Of a stretch of 10,574 nucleotides of DNA, positions 7,498 through 10,574 are shown piece by piece; position 1 is the first letter of the stretch; the number at the start of each line of letters is the position of its first letter. Location of the stretch: the IMG/VR virus record IMGVR_UViG_2703718859_000027, one strand, 5' to 3'. The notes under the pieces are model-generated. The model was not told where the DNA came from and searched no databases. It was given only the letters and a program-made list of their open reading frames with translations. Source of the DNA: a virus. Its lineage: Duplodnaviria; Heunggongvirae; Uroviricota; Caudoviricetes. The translations under genes and the position numbers were made by a program.

Positions 7498-7675
7498 GTT
7501 GACCTCATTTACCCTTAACGCCGGGTCGCGGAACTAAAAACCTGCTGCGCTGTTATACAAAGTATTCCCGCCGTCATGTTCATACGCCTCGGGCTGGCTA
7601 CTTAACCCCTGACCACTGCCGGGTAACTCGAAGTATTGCCTGGCGTTCTGTGGGGCGGAGTGGGTTGGTGAGTGC

Positions 7676-7705
7676 AATCTACAATTAAAAACTGTTTTGT
7701 GTCAA
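7676..7705 (-). promoter_or_regulatory. Candidate sigma70 early-left (PL-like / P-dicB-like) promoter: -35 TTGACA, 18-bp spacer, -10 TAGATT
   Basis: On the minus strand TTGACA (7705..7700) and TAGATT (7681..7676); both lie within or abut the 41-bp palindromic operator, the geometry expected for repressor control. Confidence 0.5.
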
Positions 7706-7720
7706 CAGTTTTTAATTGTA
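7680..7720. promoter_or_regulatory. Perfect 41-bp palindrome (17-bp arms TACAATTAAAAACTGTT, 7-bp spacer); candidate repressor operator (OL / Ob-like)
   Basis: Arms 7680-7696 and 7704-7720 are exact reverse complements. The half-site ACAAT(T/A)AAAAACTGT recurs in the repressor/cro intergenic region (8715-8753). Confidence 0.6.
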
Positions 7721-7729
7721 CCCTTAAGC

Positions 7730-7752
7730 AAAAAAATCCCTCGAAAGAGGGA
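7730..7752 (-). terminator. Rho-independent terminator ending the repressor-antitoxin-toxin operon
   Basis: Minus-strand RNA reads UCCCUC-UUUC-GAGGGA followed by UUUUUUU, 19 nt downstream of the ParE-like stop codon. Confidence 0.6.
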
Positions 7753-7770
7753 GTATGAAAATAGTTCAGC

Positions 7771-8058
7771 TCAGATAGAGAAGGGAAATTGTCGGCGAGC
7801 ATGTGTCACGCTTACAATCTCAATGCTTGAAGCAGCTACTCTGTACAGGATTATGTAGTTAGGGTGGGTCACTATCTCTCTCAACCCAGAAACCCGTTCG
7901 CTTGGTGGATATAGGTACGGATGCTCAGATAGAGGTAATACCGATGTTTCAATACGTATTTTAAGTCTACGCGCTGCCGGTGGGTTCTCCTTGGCGATGT
8001 AAGTTATGATCTGACGCAAATCATCGCGAGCAGATGGTAGCCATAAAATGGGCAACAT
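7771..8058 (-). CDS. parE: ParE/RelE-superfamily toxin (ParE2-like) of a three-component prophage toxin-antitoxin module
   Basis: 95-aa ORF MLPILWLPSARDDLRQIITYIAKENPPAARRL...YIILYRVAASSIEIVSVTHARR with the ParE/RelE pattern. Its start overlaps the antitoxin stop (ATGA at 8058). Confidence 0.88.
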   Translation of the reverse strand: MLPILWLPSARDDLRQIITYIAKENPPAARRLKIRIETSVLPLSEHPYLYPPSERVSGLREIVTHPNYIILYRVAASSIEIVSVTHARRQFPFSI

Positions 8059-8249
8059 TACTCGCTCCTGTTAGTTACAGCAATTTGAGCAATAAGATTT
8101 TCCATTTCAGCTATTACCTCGTCATGTGGAATTGCGGGGCGAGGGTCTGCAAGGCTTGACGCTACTTTAGCGCGCAACCATTCGTTGTAACTGTTTTCTT
8201 GTTCGATAGTTTCGAATTCTGAAACTATCGGAGAAAGGGCTGTACTCAT
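8058..8249 (-). CDS. paaA2: PaaA2-like antitoxin (small, intrinsically disordered ParE antitoxin)
   Basis: 63-aa ORF MSTALSPIVSEFETIEQENSYNEWLRAKVASSLADPRPAIPHDEV..., matching my memory of E. coli O157 PaaA2. Immediately upstream of and coupled to the ParE-like gene. Confidence 0.82.
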   Translation of the reverse strand: MSTALSPIVSEFETIEQENSYNEWLRAKVASSLADPRPAIPHDEVIAEMENLIAQIAVTNRSE

Positions 8250-8276
8250 GGCATAACTCCTCTTCTTGTACTGTGG

Positions 8277-8678
8277 TCACGCCCGGCGGCTTTTTTGTGC
8301 CGCCAGCCACCGGGCAATGGTTTCTTCCATTGATTTTTTTTTGTCTTTGATTTCTTGAAGCATTTTTTCTTGGTCCTCCTCAGGGAACGCACTAAAAGCC
8401 TGGAGTAATTCGCGTTGGCGAGGACCAATTTTCATCGTGTTAGGGGTGAACATTTGCTCCCCCTCTTCAGGAGGCAATAAAAACCAATGCAACGGATGCC
8501 CTGTAACCTCAACCAGTTTATCCAAACTTGAGGCTTTAGGTGTAGCCTTACCGCTGACCCATTGTTGAACAGTTTGTTGTGTCACACCAATTCTACGGGC
8601 CAGCTCAGCCTGGCTCCATCCAGTTTCCTGAAGAAGCTTGCTGATTCTGTACATCGATACTTCTAGGGCGCTCATCAT
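8277..8678 (-). CDS. paaR2: CI-like prophage repressor, HTH XRE family (PaaR2/RacR-like), no S24 peptidase domain
   Basis: 133-aa ORF with helix-turn-helix LLQETGWSQAELARRIGVTQQTVQQWVSG. Divergent from the cro-like ydaS and heads the antitoxin-toxin operon. Start is ambiguous between the ATG at 8678 (possibly leaderless; TAAAAT lies 7-12 nt upstream) and 8654. Confidence 0.85.
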   Translation of the reverse strand: MMSALEVSMYRISKLLQETGWSQAELARRIGVTQQTVQQWVSGKATPKASSLDKLVEVTGHPLHWFLLPPEEGEQMFTPNTMKIGPRQRELLQAFSAFPEEDQEKMLQEIKDKKKSMEETIARWLAAQKSRRA

Positions 8679-8714
8679 TATTCAATTTTACAGGTAAATA
8701 CTGTTAAAAGCATC

Positions 8715-8753
8715 ACAATAAAAAACTGTTGATCGCGTACAGTTTTTTATTGT
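8715..8753. promoter_or_regulatory. OR-like operator palindrome (ACAATAAAAAACTGT - 9 bp - ACAGTTTTTTATTGT) in the divergent repressor / cro-like intergenic region
   Basis: 15-bp arms 8715-8729 and 8739-8753 are exact reverse complements, and the half-site is nearly identical to the 7680-7720 palindrome. A second, weaker dyad TTTTACAG-N7-CTGTTAAAA is at 8690-8710. TATAGT (8764-8769) is a candidate -10 for ydaS. Confidence 0.6.
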
Positions 8754-8786
8754 AGCCTTTGCCTATAGTTTTTAGAGGAGGGCAAA

Positions 8787-9059
8787 ATGCTAGATAGCAC
8801 TCGCAAAAAAATTAGGCAGAAATACACTCAGGCTGAAATAGGTCGTTATATGGGGGTCGCTCAACAGACAGTTTGGCAATGGTTTAGCTTTGGCGTTCCC
8901 CCAAAGCAGGTAATTCCGCTATGTCAGCTAATGAAGTGGGAGGTTACCCCGCATGAAATTCGCCCAGACATTTACCCTAATCCGACCGACGGTTTACCTG
9001 TCGAGTGTCAGGCTAACACACAACCAGAGACGGGGGTGATTCATGAAAATCAAGCATGA
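8787..9059 (+). CDS. ydaS: YdaS-family Cro-like HTH regulator
   Basis: 90-aa ORF with GAGGAGGG Shine-Dalgarno upstream. HTH YTQAEIGRYMGVAQQTVWQW and the C-terminal motif EVTPHEIRPDIYP are typical of YdaS/Cro-like proteins (memory of Rac YdaS). Divergent from the repressor. Confidence 0.82.
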   Translation: MLDSTRKKIRQKYTQAEIGRYMGVAQQTVWQWFSFGVPPKQVIPLCQLMKWEVTPHEIRPDIYPNPTDGLPVECQANTQPETGVIHENQA

Positions 9060-9468
9060 ACACATCCGTATGGCGATGAATGCCTGGGCATATCCTGATG
9101 GTGAGAAAGTTCCCGCAGCTGAAATAGCCCGGACTTATTTCGAGCTGGGGATGACGTTCCCGGAACTGTACGACGACAGCCATCCGGAAGCCCTGGCTCG
9201 TAATACCCAGAAAATTTTCCGCTGGGTGGAGAAGGACACGTCTGATGCTGTTGAAAAAATTCAGGCGCTGTTACCGGCGATCGAAAAGGCGATGCCGCCT
9301 TTGCTGGTGGCCCGTATGCGCAGTCACAGTTCTGAATATTACCGGGAGATCGTCGAACGACGGGATCGGCTGGTGAAAGATGTGGATGATTTTGTCGCTG
9401 TAGCGATCGCCTGGGGCACCCTGACTAACAGTGGTGGTCAGCCTGGTAATGCTGTTGTTGTGCATTGA
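9043..9468 (+). CDS. ydaT: YdaT-family protein (CII-like regulator of Rac/CP-933P-type immunity regions)
   Basis: 141-aa ORF beginning MKIKHEHI (as Rac YdaT, from memory) and ending ...VVVH. Overlaps the ydaS 3' end by 17 nt, with GGGGGTGA Shine-Dalgarno. Confidence 0.82.
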   Translation: MKIKHEHIRMAMNAWAYPDGEKVPAAEIARTYFELGMTFPELYDDSHPEALARNTQKIFRWVEKDTSDAVEKIQALLPAIEKAMPPLLVARMRSHSSEYYREIVERRDRLVKDVDDFVAVAIAWGTLTNSGGQPGNAVVVH

Positions 9469-9536
9469 CCAACAATATTTATACCGGATTTCTTCCGGAA
9501 GTTCGTGGGTAAAGTTCGGTATCAGAAGAGGTGAGT

Positions 9537-10574
9537 ATGGCTAATGCCTGGCTCAGATTGTGGCATGACATGCCAAATGACCCCAAGTGGCGAACGATTG
9601 CCAGGGTATCAGGACAGCCAATCGCAACAGTGATGGCAGTGTATATCCACCTTCTGGTGAGCGCGTCACGAAATGTCACGACATGTCACGGCGTGTCACT
9701 ACGTGGTCACATTGATGTCACGACGGAAGATTTAGCAAGTGCGCTTGATGTGACGGAAGACGTAATTGATTCAATTTTGCATGCAATGCAGGGGCGGGTT
9801 TTGGATGGTGACCTTATTTCCGGATGGGAAAAACGTCAGGTGCTGAAAGAGGACAATGGTAACGTTTCGCAAACGGCAAAATCCCCGGCAGAGCGCAAGA
9901 GAGCGCAGCGGGAGCGCGAAAAGCTGCGGAAATATGATGCTGATTGTCACGATGAGTCACGACGTGTCACGCATCTGTCACGACAAGTCACGACAGATAA
10001 AGATACAGATACAGAATTAAACCCCACACATAACGCGCGCATGCGCGAGAGTGCTCCAACCGGTGAGTCGAATGGTGCGTCGTTGCAGACAGCCGAACCT
10101 GAATACCTGGACGGCCTGAGCGAACCGATCGGGAAATTTTCGATGACCACTGTCTGGCAGCCGTCGCCGGATTTTCGACAACGGGCAGCAGTGTGGGGTA
10201 TGGCTCTGCCTGAGCCGGAATTTACACCTGCAGAGCTTGCCGCATTCCGGGATTACTGGATGGCGGAGGGGAAGGTTTTCACGCAGGTTCAGTGGGAGCA
10301 GAAATTTGCCCGCCACGTGCAGCACGTCAGGGCACAGGTAAAACCAGTCAGCAAGGGGGTAAGCCATGCAGCATCAGGTGGCACGGCATCACGGGCAATT
10401 CAGGAAATCCGGGCAGCACGCGAACAGTGGGAACGAGACAACGGATTTATCAGCAACGGAAACGGCCTGGAAGCTGTGGGAGCTTATGGGGGAGGTGTAT
10501 TCGAACCGCTGGACTCAGAAGAACGGGGCCGCACCTTCGAAGCTCTGGATTGCCCAGATTGGTGCGATGACTGA
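9537..10574 (+). CDS. Phage replication initiation protein with DnaT-like C-terminal domain; contains the origin iterons
   Basis: ATG at 9537 with GAGGTGA 2 nt upstream; the track ORF begins at GTG 9531. C-terminal region GKFSMTTVWQPSPDFRQRAAVWGMALPEPEFTPAELAAFRDYWMAEGKVFTQVQWEQKFARHVQ resembles E. coli DnaT (…[26 protein letters not shown]…[23 protein letters not shown], from memory). Stop TGA at 10572-10574. Confidence 0.82.
   Translation: MANAWLRLWHDMPNDPKWRTIARVSGQPIATVMAVYIHLLVSASRNVTTCHGVSLRGHIDVTTEDLASALDVTEDVIDSILHAMQGRVLDGDLISGWEKRQVLKEDNGNVSQTAKSPAERKRAQREREKLRKYDADCHDESRRVTHLSRQVTTDKDTDTELNPTHNARMRESAPTGESNGASLQTAEPEYLDGLSEPIGKFSMTTVWQPSPDFRQRAAVWGMALPEPEFTPAELAAFRDYWMAEGKVFTQVQWEQKFARHVQHVRAQVKPVSKGVSHAASGGTASRAIQEIRAAREQWERDNGFISNGNGLEAVGAYGGGVFEPLDSEERGRTFEALDCPDWCDD
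9665..9724. repeat. Iteron cluster 1: six GTCACG(A/G)-type repeats at about 10-bp periodicity inside the replication gene
   Basis: GTCAC(G) copies start at 9665, 9675, 9685, 9695, 9706 and 9717. Confidence 0.7.
9946..10021. repeat. Iteron cluster 2 (five GTCACGAC-type repeats) followed by an AT-rich tract; candidate replication origin
   Basis: Copies start at 9946, 9956, 9966, 9977 and 9987 (10-11 bp spacing), followed by GATAAAGATACAGATACAGAATTAAA (9995-10021). This mirrors lambda ori inside gene O. Confidence 0.7.

Larger units (their letters stand above)
982..10574. mobile_element. Lambdoid (Rac/Qin/CP-933P-like) prophage, integrase-proximal end at tRNA-Ser; extends beyond the right edge of the window
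   Basis: Tyrosine integrase and excisionase-like genes start 52 bp after the tRNA 3' end and read toward it. They are followed by exonuclease, dicB/dicF, repressor plus cro-like/cII-like, and replication genes in canonical lambdoid order. Exact att core cannot be fixed without the other prophage end. Confidence 0.85.

Noticed and set aside
7515-7583. 22-aa minus-strand ORF (MNMTAGILCITAQQVFSSATRR) in the leader of the early-left transcript
   Set aside because: Too short, with a poorly spaced Shine-Dalgarno; it may be a leader peptide, but there is no evidence.
7277-7802. ORFs 7277..7537 (+, 86 aa) and 7602..7802 (-, 66 aa)
   Set aside because: The first is antisense to the small early-operon ORF and the promoter leader; the second spans the operator, promoter and terminator. 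Neither has a ribosome-binding site or recognisable sequence.
8246-8428. 60-aa minus-strand ORF overlapping the repressor gene
   Set aside because: Alternate-frame overlap with the HTH repressor CDS; Lys/Arg-rich junk translation.
9271-10570. ORFs 9271..9465 (-), 9479..9679 (-), 9947..10150 (-), 10017..10367 (-), 10292..10570 (+)
   Set aside because: They are antisense or alternate-frame overlaps of ydaT and the replication initiator gene.
1-10574. CRISPR arrays, rRNA genes, IS elements
   Set aside because: No regularly spaced direct repeats with unique spacers, no rRNA-like sequence, and no transposase ORF or terminal inverted repeats were seen; the only periodic repeats are the origin iterons.

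Overview
This window is the integrase-proximal left arm and immunity region of a lambdoid (Rac/Qin/CP-933P-like) prophage inserted at the 3' end of tRNA-Ser(CGA) (serU), next to host gene mtfA. All calls come from reading the sequence and from remembered protein/RNA families; no database search was run. The prophage runs from about 982 past the window end. Reading right to left on the minus strand, the layout is: a CI-like repressor co-transcribed with a PaaA2/ParE antitoxin-toxin pair, an intrinsic terminator, and a perfect 41-bp palindromic operator overlapping a TTGACA/TAGATT promoter. That promoter drives an early-left operon containing a small ORF, a DicF-like sRNA, a Rha-family gene, DicB and YdfD-like proteins, an 812-aa exonuclease, Xis and Int. 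A 148-aa two-transmembrane-helix gene sits antisense inside this operon in the position lambda/Rac sieB occupies. It is the strongest candidate for an uncharacterised exclusion or abortive-infection effector, together with the about 470-bp stop-codon-depleted, repeat-containing region upstream of it. Rightward are ydaS/ydaT (Cro/CII-like) and a replication initiator with a DnaT-like C-terminus that carries two iteron clusters and an AT-rich tract, a lambda-O-style origin. No CRISPR array or rRNA was found.
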